From Oopsacas minuta (Eukaryota; Animalia; Porifera): a stretch of DNA of 64,000 nucleotides. Location of the stretch: assembly GCA_024704765.1 (NCBI GenBank), contig JAKMXF010000321.1, positions 992,001 to 1,056,000 of the forward strand. The letters run 5' to 3'. The notes beneath the pieces were generated by a model. The model was not told the DNA's origin, searched no databases, and saw nothing but the letters and a program-made list of their open reading frames with translations. The translations under genes and the position numbers were made by a program. Below, piece after piece: positions 22,751 to 37,600 of the stretch (its first letter is position 1; the number at the start of each line of letters is the position of its first letter).

Positions 22751-24025
22751 TTTATATTAGAATCTGTTCCGCCAGTAATATATAGTATATTGATTGAAGG
22801 GTTTTAAATTTGGACTATTGATTGGAGGGACTATGTGGATTAGGGGAAATTTAACATTATATAGTGCCTTTAATATATATTGCTACTCTAAATAAATTCC
22901 TTTAAAAATACTATGCTGTAGGTACAGATTGTGACTTTGATTTTTGGTCTCTAAAGAATATATTAAAGTACATAGGCGTCGAAGTTGCGAAGGTAGGGAG
23001 GCTTCACACCCCCTGGTTTTTATCGGGGGATTCCTGATTAGGAAGGGTACCCCCCTCTTATTCAGGGAGGATATATAAGGTATTCCTATACTAGTTAGAG
23101 AGCAGATACCTCTCTTAATGATAATTATCACAAGGCCGGCAGAACCAGCTTCTTGTTCTCGAAGTTTATCCTTGGCTTGTACAATTCTATATGTGATGTC
23201 ACTTTCTAATTTTGCCTGAGTACTTTTAATTTACTTTCCCCCGGCCTGTAACAATTATGTTATTTGAAATAATTTTCTTGTTTCTCTTCAGACTATAAGA
23301 AAGAATGAAGAGAGAATATGTTTCTGCATAGCCTATGGTTTCTAGTAATGCAAAGAGAGTAGAAAATGCAAACAAGAATAGATATCTCCACAAAACGTTC
23401 CTATATTATGTTTTGTTTCTCATCTAAGTACAAGAATAATATATACGTATACTATTATTGGCTTAATGGCTTTGTGACAAGTGTAGGGTTGTATGCGTCC
23501 GAACACCATTCTAACAAGTAAGAAGCTGGTTTCTGAGTTTAAACCATATAAATTTCCTCAATAGTGCTGTAAAATGTAAATTTGCCATTACTTCGAGACC
23601 AAATTTTAAAAAATTCTGTTGCACACTCCGAAACTGAAAATTTTGAATTTGAGTTGATGGAGCCCGCACACAACTTCGAACCAGGGCCCCCCATACCTTA
23701 GCTACGTCAATGACCCTTTCTATAAGCTCAATTTCCGGAGTAATCAATAACTGTGGACACTACTAGTACAGGTAGTATACGCACAATTATCGCTTTGTAA
23801 ATTGTCACCGTTGCAACCATTTTCAGCCTAGGCATAGACCCTAGATCAGCGGTTCCCAGCCTCGGGGTCGCCATTGCATTCCTTAGGGGTCATTTGATAG
23901 ACTTATGCAACCACACACAGTATATATATAGTCTCGGAAAATTGTATCAGGCGTATTGAGCATAGCGAGGGTCCATACACAGGGTCTAGGCCCTATGTAA
24001 ACTATTTGGGCGCCGCAATTGCCGG

Positions 24026-24421
24026 CATACCCTCCAACCTTTGCCATATCGATCCCTGGATGGAGCTCAAATTTCTCCTAGACTTTGTGTAAATCTCTGC
24101 ACTTCTGAAAATGCTTCTCACTCACTACGCTTATTCGACTAGGAATTCAATTTCCGGCATCATATACTAATTTATTCCATATTCATGTACGTCATCCAAC
24201 AATATAATAATAGGAAAGTAATTGTTCTGAGAATCCCTGCACTGGACGCAAAAATTGAAGTAAATACTAACTAGAACTTAGAACTGATCCAATAATGATT
24301 AATTATTGTTTTTATGATATTAAAACAGAATAGACCTGAACTAAGTGAATTCCCTGGACACTTTGAGTCAATCCCTCGAGGTCTGGAAAAGGGCGAGATT
24401 TTTGAGCGGTTGGCAGGTATG
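24026..24421. mobile_element. Nested MITE with CATACC..CCAACC ends
   Basis: CATACCCTCCAACC versus reverse-complemented end CATACCTGCCAACC; no TSD found. Confidence 0.5.
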
Positions 24422-24495
24422 TACTGGATTACTGGGCTTCAACTTATTGAAGGGTAGTTGACAGATAATTTCTTCACAAAATTGTTGTGCTCATA

Positions 24496-24651
24496 CAGTG
24501 GCGGTCCCAGGGGGGGCAAACGGGGCATTTGCCCCGGATTTGAAAACCCTGGTCCAGGGTTCGACGGATCCTCAGACCACCACTGCCCATTATATAATAT
24601 GATTTTGCTCCGGCCTTGTCCAGGGTATGCAAAATCCTGGGACCGCCCTTG
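24496..24651. mobile_element. 156-bp hAT MITE with perfect 8-bp TSD
   Basis: TIR CAGTGGCGGTCCCAGG / CAAGGGCGGTCCCAGG; TSD TGCTCATA at 24488-24495 and 24652-24659. Confidence 0.85.
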
Positions 24652-25975
24652 TGCTCATATACTTAGACTTCATCATATAATTATTTATGAAGTGATCGTA
24701 ATTATGCGTAAATTGCACATGTTTATGTTATGGAATATTAGTTACAGTACAGATTTCCAATCATTGTGGTATTGATCCACAAATATAGCGACACAGTGGC
24801 CCCAGAAAACTGTCTCCCAAAAGCAAGTAAAGAGTCAATAGAAACAAGGGGTCCAATCACCTCAATTCTAAGTATCAGGGTCACCGTGGTAAAAAGGTTG
24901 GGAACCATTGCCCTAGAGGTATGTTCAAATTTGAGTTGCCATAATGTGCCAAGCGGATGCGTACCCTGTGCTAGCGCATGTATCCACGCCGGTACCTCAT
25001 ATTTATGAACCTTAATATTTCAAACCTAATTGATGCGTTATGGACATGTAACATATGAGGATTATCTTGGTTAATATCCTTGGCCGCAGGCCGTTGATCA
25101 TTTAGCCCTAAATCGTTAGGCTTACTACGTACCATAAACTATGCTACTTGCTGCAATACAGGGGTGTAGCATTGAGGCAGAGAAGACAACTGCCTCTTCT
25201 CTATCAAGTCGTTGCCCCTCGCTCTAGAATTTCTAGATACACCCTGTAATATGTTGTGCAATTATTCAGATTATTGTCTGTCTATCCATCGTTAAGGTAC
25301 TTTGAATTACGTAGGATTACAGGTGATGTACTTGCAATATCAGATTGCATTTCGTAATTTCAGGTGTTAGTTACGTAACTTAGGTCAGTAATTAAATAAT
25401 ACTGCAAATACATAATACATGTTATTCCACAAGACTAGAATTTTAACACTACTAAACACAATCTGTAGATAAGGATTCGGACAAAAAGCTCTTGAATTAA
25501 GATATCCCACAGGTTTAATGGTAATGTTTAGAGTATTGGTCGATAAAAACACCTTTTGGAGTTCCTAACGCGTGTTTCTCAACCTTTTTCGAAATATGGC
25601 ACACTCATTTAATCTATCTTTTCAAGGCACACATGAATTGAACTTTAGTACAACCGCGGTGCCAAAATTCATACCATTCATATGTAAATATTGTAGAAGT
25701 TGTTCTTTACTTATAGGCAATTTCATATCACGAGGAACCAAGGCTCAGCCCATAAATACTTCTAGATAGATTCGCTTCATTCCTGTGACATTTGTTGGCA
25801 TACTTAACAAAGTTACTGGGCACACAAGTGTTCATGTCACACGGTTAGAATTACTAGCCACTGGTCCTAACGTATTCTTATACTCAACATAATATTGTAT
25901 ATACGAACTTATCAGAGTTGTTATCCATTAGAAGGTTCTTATATCCAGTAAGTGCTATAACAGGAATCTACTGTG

Positions 25976-26133
25976 CAGTAGTTCGCCTTAATAGAACCAG
26001 AGGTAATCGGGTCACTTGACCAGAAACAGAACTTTACAAAGTGTTAAATTACTCGGGGGTCACCACGTTTATCCCGTTTAATCGGATCAAAATGGTCTGA
26101 TGCAGATGTGACCGTATTAAGCAGAGTCTACTG
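25976..26133. mobile_element. Pogo/Tigger-like MITE, abutting the end of a second similar element
   Basis: CAGTAGTTCGCCTTAATA versus reverse-complemented end CAGTAGACTCTGCTTAATA, with TA on the right. Confidence 0.5.
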
Positions 26134-26523
26134 TATTTCCCCGATGGAACTACATAGAATAATTATGGATATATAATAAGAGTGCCTGCTAGCAAGTTAC
26201 AAAAACTTAAGAAAAAGTTTAATGAGTTTAGATTATCCAGCATTAATGGAATAAACAATACAAATATTATAGCACAGGTGAATCAAAATAAAAAAATTTA
26301 CATGATGCAAGAATATCTACACTTGTTCAGATGATATTACGGTTAATTATCTTTAATTATTTGGAATATAAGTTGGTTCCATTTGCTGCAGTAGAATTGC
26401 ACACAGTGCTGGCAAATTAAATCTATAGCTACAGAGTTAAAATTCATTCACCAAGCTTTAATAGAAACACCGCCAAAAGGGTTAATTGGATGGTATGAAG
26501 AGTCAACTTGTGATAAGGACATC

Positions 26524-29500
26524 TCATTGAGGGTTATGAGAAAATCTATAAAGAAAAGGATATGTTTAAACTCGTAATTAGAATAAGATGTATATACTAA
26601 ATACAGTCTACTCCACTTAATAGAGCAACTAATTATGCCAGAGGCACAGGTTATCCAATCACTTTGATAAGAAATAAAACTATATAAATAGCGATACAAT
26701 GCTCAGATTAATCTGGTAGAAACACCCTGGTCCCAATGTGATCTTATTAAGACTTACCGAAAATTCGACGGTTGACTGTATTCTTGTTGAAACTGTGGGT
26801 GTGTAATAGAAATAGGAAGATTGTATCCACTTGTAGCATTGGTAGAAGACACAGGAGGAGAAGGTAAATAGTTTGTGAGAGGTGACTGGCGTATTGAATG
26901 TGGCTCTCCACTCGTAGGTGTTAATGTAGTTATAGAAGGGTAGGAAGAAAATTCCTAAAATACAAAGAGTTACTTAAATAATATTTTAAAATTTCATTTC
27001 ACACCAGGAGTTAATTAATAAATATCGAAAATTATATTAATTTTATAATTATATTTCCAGAGAAGTATGAAAGGATATTTACTAGTAATTAACCATTCAT
27101 GGAAAGAATTTGAATTGCAATCACTCAGGAAATGTTGCATACGAAGATTAACTAGAAAACTAATTAGTCAACATGTCATGATAGAAGTGATGAAATAACA
27201 AACAAGTTTATTTACAATAGACTTTCTAGTAGGAGAGAAGATAATATAACCAATTTGAATAATTAACTATTAATTACTACGAATATAGATATTCACCGGT
27301 AAATGGCAGAAAGATTAATATCGAACTTAGGTGACAAATTAATTTATGGAATGATATCAAAAAAGCACTACGAACTTAGATATTGTTTATTAATTAATGT
27401 TCGTTAACTCGCGATACTAACAATGCATTTTATTATATCCATCAAATTGCAAATTCGGTTAATAAATATTTAGCGCAATAACTTAATTACTAGTCAGAAT
27501 TATGCCTGAGTCATTTATTAAGCCATCTCCCAGAGCAGTTATGATATAAAATTGCTGTGAATTAGAGTCATTCAATTCTGCTTCAATGCTATTGTTGGCG
27601 GAGAATTATAAATTTGCTGATCCTACAATATTTGAACTTTATGTAATCAATCATCTAGATTACGTAATTTAAAATACAATAGAACCTGTCTAACAGCCAC
27701 TCTATATAGACAGCGACACCTGTATACAGCCAGGAGTGGAAACAAGTTGTGAGGTACTGAATTTCTCCTTAATCACTCGCAATTTTTGGTTTAAAAAATG
27801 CGCATACAAGTAGTAAGGAGATTAGTATAAGTAAAGAAAAAATAATTCGAAGAAACATCTAAGTATCTTAATGAATACTATTACATTCTTCATAGTATTT
27901 CCAGAATTTATTCATTTTTTGTATAATCTTTGACCAGAGAGGCAAATACCCACTGTGCACCCCCTTCCAGTGATATCAATCACTATTCTGCTGACCCCCT
28001 TATAGGTTAAACTAACGTAGATACATTTTGCATAACACACAGAGTAAGTAAATATATTGATGAGAAACGACCTATATGAAATTGGATAAGTAAATTTCCT
28101 TTTGTTTTCTAGTTATCATCAAGAAATTACTCACATCATTATCTTAAATATATTCAAATTGGTTGAGCAGCTCTGACGCATTAATATTTGAATTACATAA
28201 GCATTGAATAATACTATCTGTGTCAAGTCACGTTAACGTAATTGCTTTCTAGTAACTTTTTTGTAAAACGCTAAAAGCACCTAACGATTTGAATTAACAA
28301 TAATTAACATTATGAAATAGTATCCAAACATATCAACTAATGATAGTCACTGCTGACATACGAGAGTGTGTGTTCTGATCAACTCATTTAATGGCTATAT
28401 ATTCGACGCCATGAGTACATCATTTGCCATCAAGTGTATGAAGTAAATATGGGGTAATAATGTGTTTGAGTAATATTTGAAACTTTCAAAAGAAAATCAT
28501 AATCATTTTTATATTAATGAAAATTAACTCCTCCCATAGTCTATACTAATTCTTTAATTACAACCAGTAAGTAGTTTGAAAAAGTTTCTCTATTAGTAGG
28601 ACTTAATTGCTATAACACTAAAGTGTTACTTAGATAAATACAGTATCTTCTACTTGATAAATACTAATGAAAAAGTGTACAAAATATTTAATCCAAATGT
28701 TAGATGTTTGATAGCGATAAGTTAACCAGAATGGGCAAACTAACATCCTTTCGCGATTGTGAGTATCAAGCCTCAAACTTGATAACAATATAAATAGACG
28801 AGTGTTGAACAGTGCTAATAAAATTTTCACAGCACATTAGGATAAACAAAATATGTAGATGGTACAAGCAGAATTCTGAACTTATACGTATACTATAGAA
28901 TTTGAGGGCGATTATACACAAGTTATCGTTATATTTTCTCAAAATTTCAATTGAATACTTTAGTCTGTGACTATTTAGTGTATTATTGTATATTTGACTC
29001 TTTGAAATTCTATCTTGTTGTTAAGAAAATGATTAATTAACTTTTTACACTTTTTTTCTTGGGGGTACTCGACAACAAAATAATTTTGTCTAGCTTCTAA
29101 CTGCAATTTTGCGTAGCGCCTAATCTTTCTGAGATAACTCTAGTTAATTGGAAATTCGTCTCATAAAATATTGATTAAGGAAACGGTGAATATGCAATCA
29201 ATGTAACCTGAAACATCAGTATTACGTAGCAAATGACTAACTATTCAGTAAGTTAAAGAAGAACATGTGTTCATCAGGTGAATAATGACTGTGATAATAG
29301 TGTTTACCAATGAACAGACTAATACTAGGAAAATCAAAACAAATAGGAATAGGATACCCGGCAAACACTGACGTCATTAATTTATAATAATTATCCCCAG
29401 GTGTAATAAAATAATATAACCTAGCTATCGTTAACAAGTAATCCAATGAATATTTCACTGCATACATTTATGTATCTGATATGATTTCTGAAACAAATAA

Positions 29501-32500
29501 ACCAATAGATAACTCACTCTGTTAGGAGAAGTTAGCATGTATCCTTGGAAGTTTGGAACCCGTGTAGGAGTTTCTACCTCTTGGGATTTTTCTTCTTTTG
29601 CAGGCATCATCCTATTCTTCAGCATATCTAAGTTTAGAGCACTAGGACTTTTAGGAGCTACTGCACCTGGAGAGTTTGATGTGCTGGTGGATTTCTGATC
29701 GTTAGAAGATTGTATTGGAGGGTCTTTCTTCTCTGTTTTGCGCCATTTAGCTCTTCTATTTTGAAACCAAACCTAGGAAATACCGGTGATTATATACCAG
29801 CTATCCAGTATCCACACACATGCCTTGAAATGCTCGGATATAGCTAAAGACAGTTAGTGTAACTATCTCTACTACTATTATCTATATACGGATAAGGGAT
29901 ATACCGTGTTGGTTTGAATAAGCACCGGGGAGCGTATTCGATATTCAGGGAAATACTGTACTTATTCAATAGCTAATATAGCATACACAATTTACAATAC
30001 ATAAGTACACAATGTCCGGATACTAAGATGAAATTATTCATTATTTCCTCTATGACTAGTTTTATTAATAAGGTACCCAAGGGCATTAAGAAGATGGACA
30101 TATTTAGCTGCTGAGCGTTCTCACCATTTATGGGCATCCAACATTCTAGTTAACACAGAGCAGTATTATCAAATTGAGCGGATTTCCTTTTTCGTATAGT
30201 CAATTCCCTTATCACGTACTAGGATATAATGAATGTATATATATGATATCTCGAATTATCAAAATAATTAAAATGATCCTAAATATCCCTAAGCAGCTAT
30301 GCCAGTATGTTGCTTGATAGTTTTTGTGTTTCGTATGAACAAGCACTGGTTATCTAACTAATCACCTAGTTAATGGTTGTAAGATAGGAGGATAGATTGG
30401 TTAATAAATCAATTTATGTAGCTTCAGACGTCTAATTCAACCCATTCAAGTGAGAATTTCAAAATGAAGTATTAGAATTCTCCAGACTAAATTTCTATGA
30501 TAATTGGCAGAATACAATTCAAATAATGTGTATGTTAAATACAGTAGAACACTGATAAGACTTAATCGGAAAAGACATTTTCTTTCAAAACAAAAAAATA
30601 GTTCTCATTCAATACATTCCCGATTCTGATAAGGCTTACACTCAGATATTGCCTTCTAATTATTGTTTCCACAAGGGTACGTCTTATCAGAGTTCTAATG
30701 TATATTTATTATATTATACTTAGCAGATATACATATATATATATATATATGATGTATAAGATAATTTTAGAGGTGTGAGAGCAGTATTATCACTGAGTTA
30801 TAGGATATTCCGAGAAATAAACAGATTATTGATGAAAACCCCTTTCCACTCCGCTATAATATTTAGAATATATGATTGAATTATACCTGGACTCTTGCTT
30901 CTGTTAGAGCAATTCTCAGGGCCAGATCCTCTCGCATGAATACATCAGGGTACCGAGTTTTTTCAAATGATCTTTCTAACTCTTCAAGTTGCTGGGCGGT
31001 GAAATTTGTTCTGTGTCTGCGCTGCTTGCTGCGTGAATAGGGGATACGTACATGCATGGAATCAAAACTTGCACCAGGATATAAGCTTGCATTTGGACCA
31101 CCTGAAAAAGAGTAATATATGAAAAATTATATAAGTAAAAATGTGTAAAATTCAAGAAAAATTAAAAGAATTTAATCCTTCAAACCAATCACTATATTTT
31201 TAGAAAACCTTGTAGCGGAAATTAGATTTGGGTCTTCTAGAGAGATAATTGGAGCAGATTAATAAATTTGAGATTTTGAGTAAAAGGAATTACTCCACTC
31301 GGACTACACTTCATGATGCCAAAACACTCAAAAATTGACTGAAAATCAGGAAATTCGATAGTTTTGGGGCAATTTTAGAATATTTGATTTGTTCTTGAAT
31401 TTTTCAACATCCAGGACAAAAGTTAAGCCAAGTAATACTTCAAATTCTTCTATTTGTAAGAAAACTATCTAATTTTTAAATGTAATGATTTGTTAATATT
31501 TCGAAATAATTATTCTGATATACGTATATTCTCAAAAATCATAGAAAATATTGCTCCAGCGAAAAATCACTTCTTATTCAATAAAAATATAACGCTTAAA
31601 TTAAATAAACGGTATTTATAGTTATAATTAAACTAGATATATAACAAGGCATTACACAGTATATCAGAACGTATTTACCAAAGCTTAATTGAATTATAAT
31701 TACCTATTTTTGAGATCTAAATTAGCCAGCTCATATTTCAATTCTTTATTGTTTAAAATTTTATATTTGTAAAATAATGGAAATAGCTATTATTAAAGCG
31801 CAATTAACAAATTCTACAAATACTGGATGTGTATAAGAGACATAGATTCTTCCCATGAAAGTATTATTATCAATATTAGTTTGTATACGAATTTTTACGC
31901 TAGAGTAGTGGGATCGAAGTTGGAGTCATTGAAAATCATTGAATGAGGCTGCTAGTGATCATGCTAGGTTTATACGTAATCATTCCAGAGACGTATTAGC
32001 GATCTCACTCTTCACTATGAGTCGAGACAATTACATAATTGAAACGGTGAAATATAAAGCACACTAATCATTTAAATTACATCATTAAAATCTTGTTCAA
32101 GAACTACTGAGTACATTTACTCCAGTCATCAAAATATGATGGATAACTAGCTGATTTAAAATATTTGGAGAATGAAGTCATGAGGTAAAATTGAGACGGT
32201 GTGCCCGACGAATGAGCCTTCAAATATCAAAAGTAAGTCAGCCTTTTTCGAAATACAAAACCGCAAAGTAAAGAATTAAAAGTATCTGAGTGAAGTTATA
32301 TTAAATAGCCTAGAGCACGAGTGTATGTAAATACCGCTCTACTATTAGTGATTATTACTGAGTAGAGTAAAAATGTTTAATAATTTACTAACAAGATTAC
32401 AGCCCTTAAAACTACCCTCCTTAGCTGTTCTAGTTCATCATGTAGCATTAAATTTAATACAGTGACTGAGGGAATACTTAATTATGAAAAATAGATAAAT

Positions 32501-34697
32501 TTATCTGATTTTGTTCTGATATTTTAAGCAGATAATATGATATAAATGCAGGAAGGTAGCTTTAAGTTATTCTAATGGTGAATTAGAATACCAAGTGAAA
32601 GTATAATTATATTACGGTTGTATTCGTAGCAAACTTTATACAATTATATACATATCTCATATTGAGAACAGATGTTACTAATAATATCTAATTGCAATTC
32701 GCATTCATTATTACTTATTAGCAACCATTATGAAGCCTAACTTATATGGGATAACACGATCTATTAATTTATGGATAATGACCAGCTGTCTGTGTTGTCT
32801 TAATCTATCAAAATATTATGAATATATTTATAACTTTTAGCACTGATTTCAATGGAATAGAATCCTAATACATTACACAAACGATCCGTGGACATGATCT
32901 CTCATTGTAGATACTCTCATAGACCCTGCTTCGAGGACTTTATTCGTTCTTATAGTCCGCGAAGCACTCAGTTGTTCGCCGAACAAGACGTTGTACCCTA
33001 GTGTCCATAATGAGGGGTCTAAAATTTATTGAGGTTATGCTTAATTTTATACTCAAAATTATGACATTTCTAAATTTACTTAAGTTAATTTCATAAAATA
33101 CACAAAAGTATATATTTATAAACAACACGAAGTGTGAAAATAGGTTTAGTAATTTGATTATTTATTAAATTAATTAATACAAGTATGTGATTTTCGATCT
33201 TTCCAATGCTAAATAAATAAACGCTCCCGTGGTTATACGATAAATATAGAAACTGAATTTATGTATGCATTTATTGATATACAAGTATATATATATATAT
33301 ATATATATCACATATATATGGATTGGAATGTATTATATCTAATTATAATTGGAAAGCCAGTATGTAAGTTAATAAATCATTATAAATTTAGTCTGTGCAA
33401 CAATCCAATTTTTCAAATTTATTTTGAGGTAATTAATAATATAATGAATTGGTTTTTACTAGATTTAATAACAAAAACATGACGCAATAATTTGAGATTT
33501 AAACCATACAAGCCTCACAAGGCTTAATTGAATCTTTATAAAGTTACATAAATTGTCAAAGATCATGGAAGTTTATAAATTAGCTTTGAAGATAAATGTA
33601 ATCATAACTAAATGGCATTACTACAAAGGATATCATCACAGAAATATTCCAAATAAAATAATAAACCAGTATTTAATTAATTAACTATAATATATAATGT
33701 AATAATACTTGTTTTGAATAGGAGATAAAATATGAATTAAAGAGGTGTTCAGATTTAATTGGTAATTAATACTTTTCAATTAATAATATGACGTTACTCT
33801 ATTAATATAGTACAATAGCTTAACAACACTGGCCTGTTTATATCAAATTTCAATACGAATTGCCAGTATAATTTGAGTAATAATTTCAAAACAATAACTG
33901 AAAAGAGAAATAATTCTATCTCATTTAATGCAAACATAATTTTGTATTAAATTACATAATTAGTTAATAATGTATGAACTTTTGTTACAGAGACAGTTTA
34001 CTATACACAAGTCTGACTGAATTCACAAGTGTAGTTTGTAAATGCTATAACGATTAAAAGTGTATATTATTATCTATCTAAATGTGAAATAAATATAATT
34101 CATAACTTACCGATAAGGACTGTTGGCTGAGGTTGGCCGTGTGCAACGATATGCGTCGGCGCGCTAACAATATAGTGCTGAGGATTGTGGTAGCCGGGGA
34201 TGGAGGAAGGTGATTGAAAAGGAATTTGGGATGGATTTATGTTAATATTCATCTTTGGTACGTTACTTGGATGAGTGCGTGAATCAGCGTGTAGTAAATC
34301 AGGGGGCATGGGATAACTAGAGAAAAATTCAAATGAGATATAACTGATAAAGATATAGGCTACATAAAATCAATGAAAGATCAAATAAACAATTTACCAT
34401 AAACAGTCCAGAATACTTTGATCAGTTTTTCTAATTAAATAAGAATTCCAGTGCTTTGAAAATATTTAATTGCCTTATATATATATTTAGGGTTCATGAT
34501 TCAACTGACACAAATACAGGCTAGCAAATCAAATATTCACAATTAATTAATTTGACAAATGAATCAACTTTATTAGAATAAATTATTATTGAAAGAATTG
34601 CAGATTGCGACGAAGAAAGAACTTTAATGAGAAAATGTATTATAATTAGTTTACATATTTACCATGGTTGTGGATATGGAGAAAATTGCATGTTCAT
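26524..34697 (-). CDS. Q50 paired-like (PRD-class) homeobox transcription factor, Arx/Alx/Uncx-like, about 309 aa
   Basis: Exons (minus strand): 34697-34663, 34316-34111, 31101-30887, 29772-29518, 26954-26758, and an uncertain last exon 26545-26524; phases are consistent. Homeodomain [47 protein letters not shown]|[14 protein letters not shown] has the typical PRD-class intron between Q46 and V47. Homeodomain exons are certain; terminal exons are less so. Confidence 0.9.
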
Positions 34698-37600
34698 TTC
34701 TTGTGAATGTTCTTGATTGAAGAGAAAATAGATTACAGAACCAGAATGTAGAATAAAATTAATCTAATTATTCACTCTAATAGCGTGTTTTGCAGAGTTG
34801 AAATATCAATTTATACAAATTTGTCTCGCGTCAAACAACTAGAGTATGGTTTGCTGATATTTATAGACTCCCTATAGCTATACCTATAATACTTTCGTAC
34901 AGAACGTATAAAATAGCTGATTTGTGTACTCACTTGATCGAGTATCGCATAACAGAAAGTCAGAAATACGAAAACAAGTCGAATGAAGTGTCCCGTTGCG
35001 TCATTTGCATATTTTCGTAGTCTGAAGGTTAATTTTAAGCCATTTAGTTGTGCTATAATTCATAAACAATCTACTGATCAATAAGAATATTTAGCTAAAT
35101 TATCACTAACCGAATATTAGCAATTTGTTAGCAATTATTGACATGTGATTTTACAAAAATAGTTAATGCAGTATGCACCAGTTTTTCCTTACTATTTCTT
35201 CACACGGAAAAATTGTAAGAAAAAACCGATAGTATGAAAGAAGAGATGGAAAATGAATGTAAATCTCCATTCTTTAGAACCAAAGCATGAAAATAAAGAA
35301 AGAAAAAAACGATTTCGACCGCATCCTTCAAAAAATTATATCCACAGCAATATTTCAAAGAACAAACATGAAAACTGGAAAATAATTCATCAAAATGTTT
35401 ATAATCTAACAGAATCTTAGGGACAGCTATTGTTATAATGGCAATGAAAATATTGGGAAAGATCAGCCCAGGACTATGCATTGTTTACTTAAAAAGTCTC
35501 CCTATTAACGTGAATTGATAGAACACAAATACATGTAAATTCAAATTATCAAATTATCAAATTATCAATAATAAACAAAGGCAACTCACTTAATTGAAGT
35601 ATCTTAGCCTTCAGTAAACAGTTTGATCATCATCTCTAGCAGAACATCCAAGATAATATTGCAATCAACCGATTGGTCTCTTTAATTTATACGCAGGAAA
35701 ACTTGATGAGTAAACAACAAATGGTAAGTAACTGTTAAGGGAGCTAGAGAAGCCATAATAAAACTTAATTTGATTAATTGTACGCGCCATATATGTTACT
35801 GATGTTTATTACCTTACTGAGAACATTTTCAATATTCAGTTGATGTCCAACAAATAATCAACTGCAAATTCTTATTGAATAGAATAATCGTGAATGATTT
35901 ATGAAATTTCAATTACGAGCATAAACATATTTAAAATATTAAAGTTAACATTCTTTAACTTGAATCATCAGGGAAAACACTATTTGTCCTAATTAGGAAG
36001 TGAATAATCTAGATAACGGGGATTAGAAAATTAGAAATAATCGATATAAACTGTGTTACAAATCAGCTGTAAAATAAATTGAGTCCTAGAGGGTGTGAGT
36101 GAGTGTATGACAAATGCATAACTAGAGTTTGACCCATCAACAATCTATCCGGTAAATAGGGTTAAGCTTTTCTTTCAACGATTAAAGCGCGTTAAACTGA
36201 GGAGTTGAGAAACAGGGATCAATAAATTATTTGCTGTGGCTATCGTTATCAATATCAATTATGAGAGCCTATAAAATGGGAACAATGATTGACACTAATG
36301 TTAATAATCATTATTATAGAATTTGGTATGCTACAGGAGCCTAATAATATTATCGGTTCCAGACGGAGCTTACCATACGCTCCCAAAAATTAGTATTTAG
36401 TTGAGGCCCTTTGATAGGACAGATCGGCAACTGGCAAAACAATATAAACGGCGATTAGATTCTAGATACGATTCATTTATTTCCCCGCGCTACGAGGCTT
36501 GGCAAACACTTTGTGTTATTGTTGAGCTCAGCACTTCGAGCCTTGATTGTTTTATTGGAAAGACTGAAAAACAAAATTTACATTTGAGTAGCTTGAATGT
36601 GCGAAATTCGGAATGAGGGTACTCGATTACCACAGCATAGCCATTGAAGCCAAGTTTCTGAAGTTATTTATGAAAATTGTTTACTTTATATTCATAAAAA
36701 CAGCAATCAATTACATATGAGAATCTTGAAAATGCGAAAATCAGATTCAGATATTAGATATACGTATTGGGTCAAGTTTTATTGAATTCTGTTTACTTTC
36801 TTGGTGAAATCGATGAATACAAAGATATGTGACATCTCAGAATTACGAATTCAAAATTTAAATGAGAGTACCATAAATCCTTCCTTGACAAAGGACAAAC
36901 ATACAGACAGACAGACAGACAGACAAAAATTGCAATTTTAATACTATAGATTTGTTCAGCTAAAAATAAGAGTACACTGAATCCAACAATACACACATGA
37001 TATAACTTTGCTGATTATAACAATTGCTTGCAAACATCAAACTTGTCTATTTCTATACGTAGAACTTTCTACATACACTCTTCAACTAAGTTTGATAGGC
37101 GACTCTATGTAACATAAGTAGGAAAAAAGCTGAAAACAGTTTAATATGAGTTTGTATCAAAAATTGCATTAAAGAAATGTTAATATAGATCGAAGTTCTA
37201 TAAAATTTACATCATAAATTACAAAATTCGTCATTATAACCAGAGTTTTAAGAAAAACGCTGTTTGAGTACCCAATTATACTCACTTTATACTAAGTCTA
37301 TATTCCATAAAAATACAATTCTCTGATATTTATCATATGCTAGAGTCTAGATTAAGGACAATAAGTATAGAGTGAATCTGTGAATGGGTGTATGGAGTTA
37401 CTACAGACAGTATTCGAATTTGTTGAACATGAAATTATAAATTGGAACTCGTCGTTAAACTCATCATGTGTTAATGGTCGAAAGCGTTTTTGCTACAAAC
37501 AATAACCTTTAGAAGAATCTTCGCGAGTAAATATCTCATCGAATTTCGGTGATCAGGGAAAAATTATTGTTGTACTTATAAACTTGCTTATTTATAAGTG

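Larger units (their letters stand above)
23847..24910. mobile_element. Non-autonomous hAT (Charlie-like) element containing nested inserts
   Basis: Ends CAGCGGTTCCCAGCCT and (reverse complement) CAATGGTTCCCAACCT; flanks CCCTAGAT / CCCTAGAG (7/8 TSD). Confidence 0.75.

Noticed and set aside
29237-29488. Possible homeobox exon directly after 29518 (ORF 29237-29467; acceptor at 29488)
   Set aside because: It would need a 30-nt intron and hits a stop after 10 codons; the phase-0 exon at 26954 fits better.
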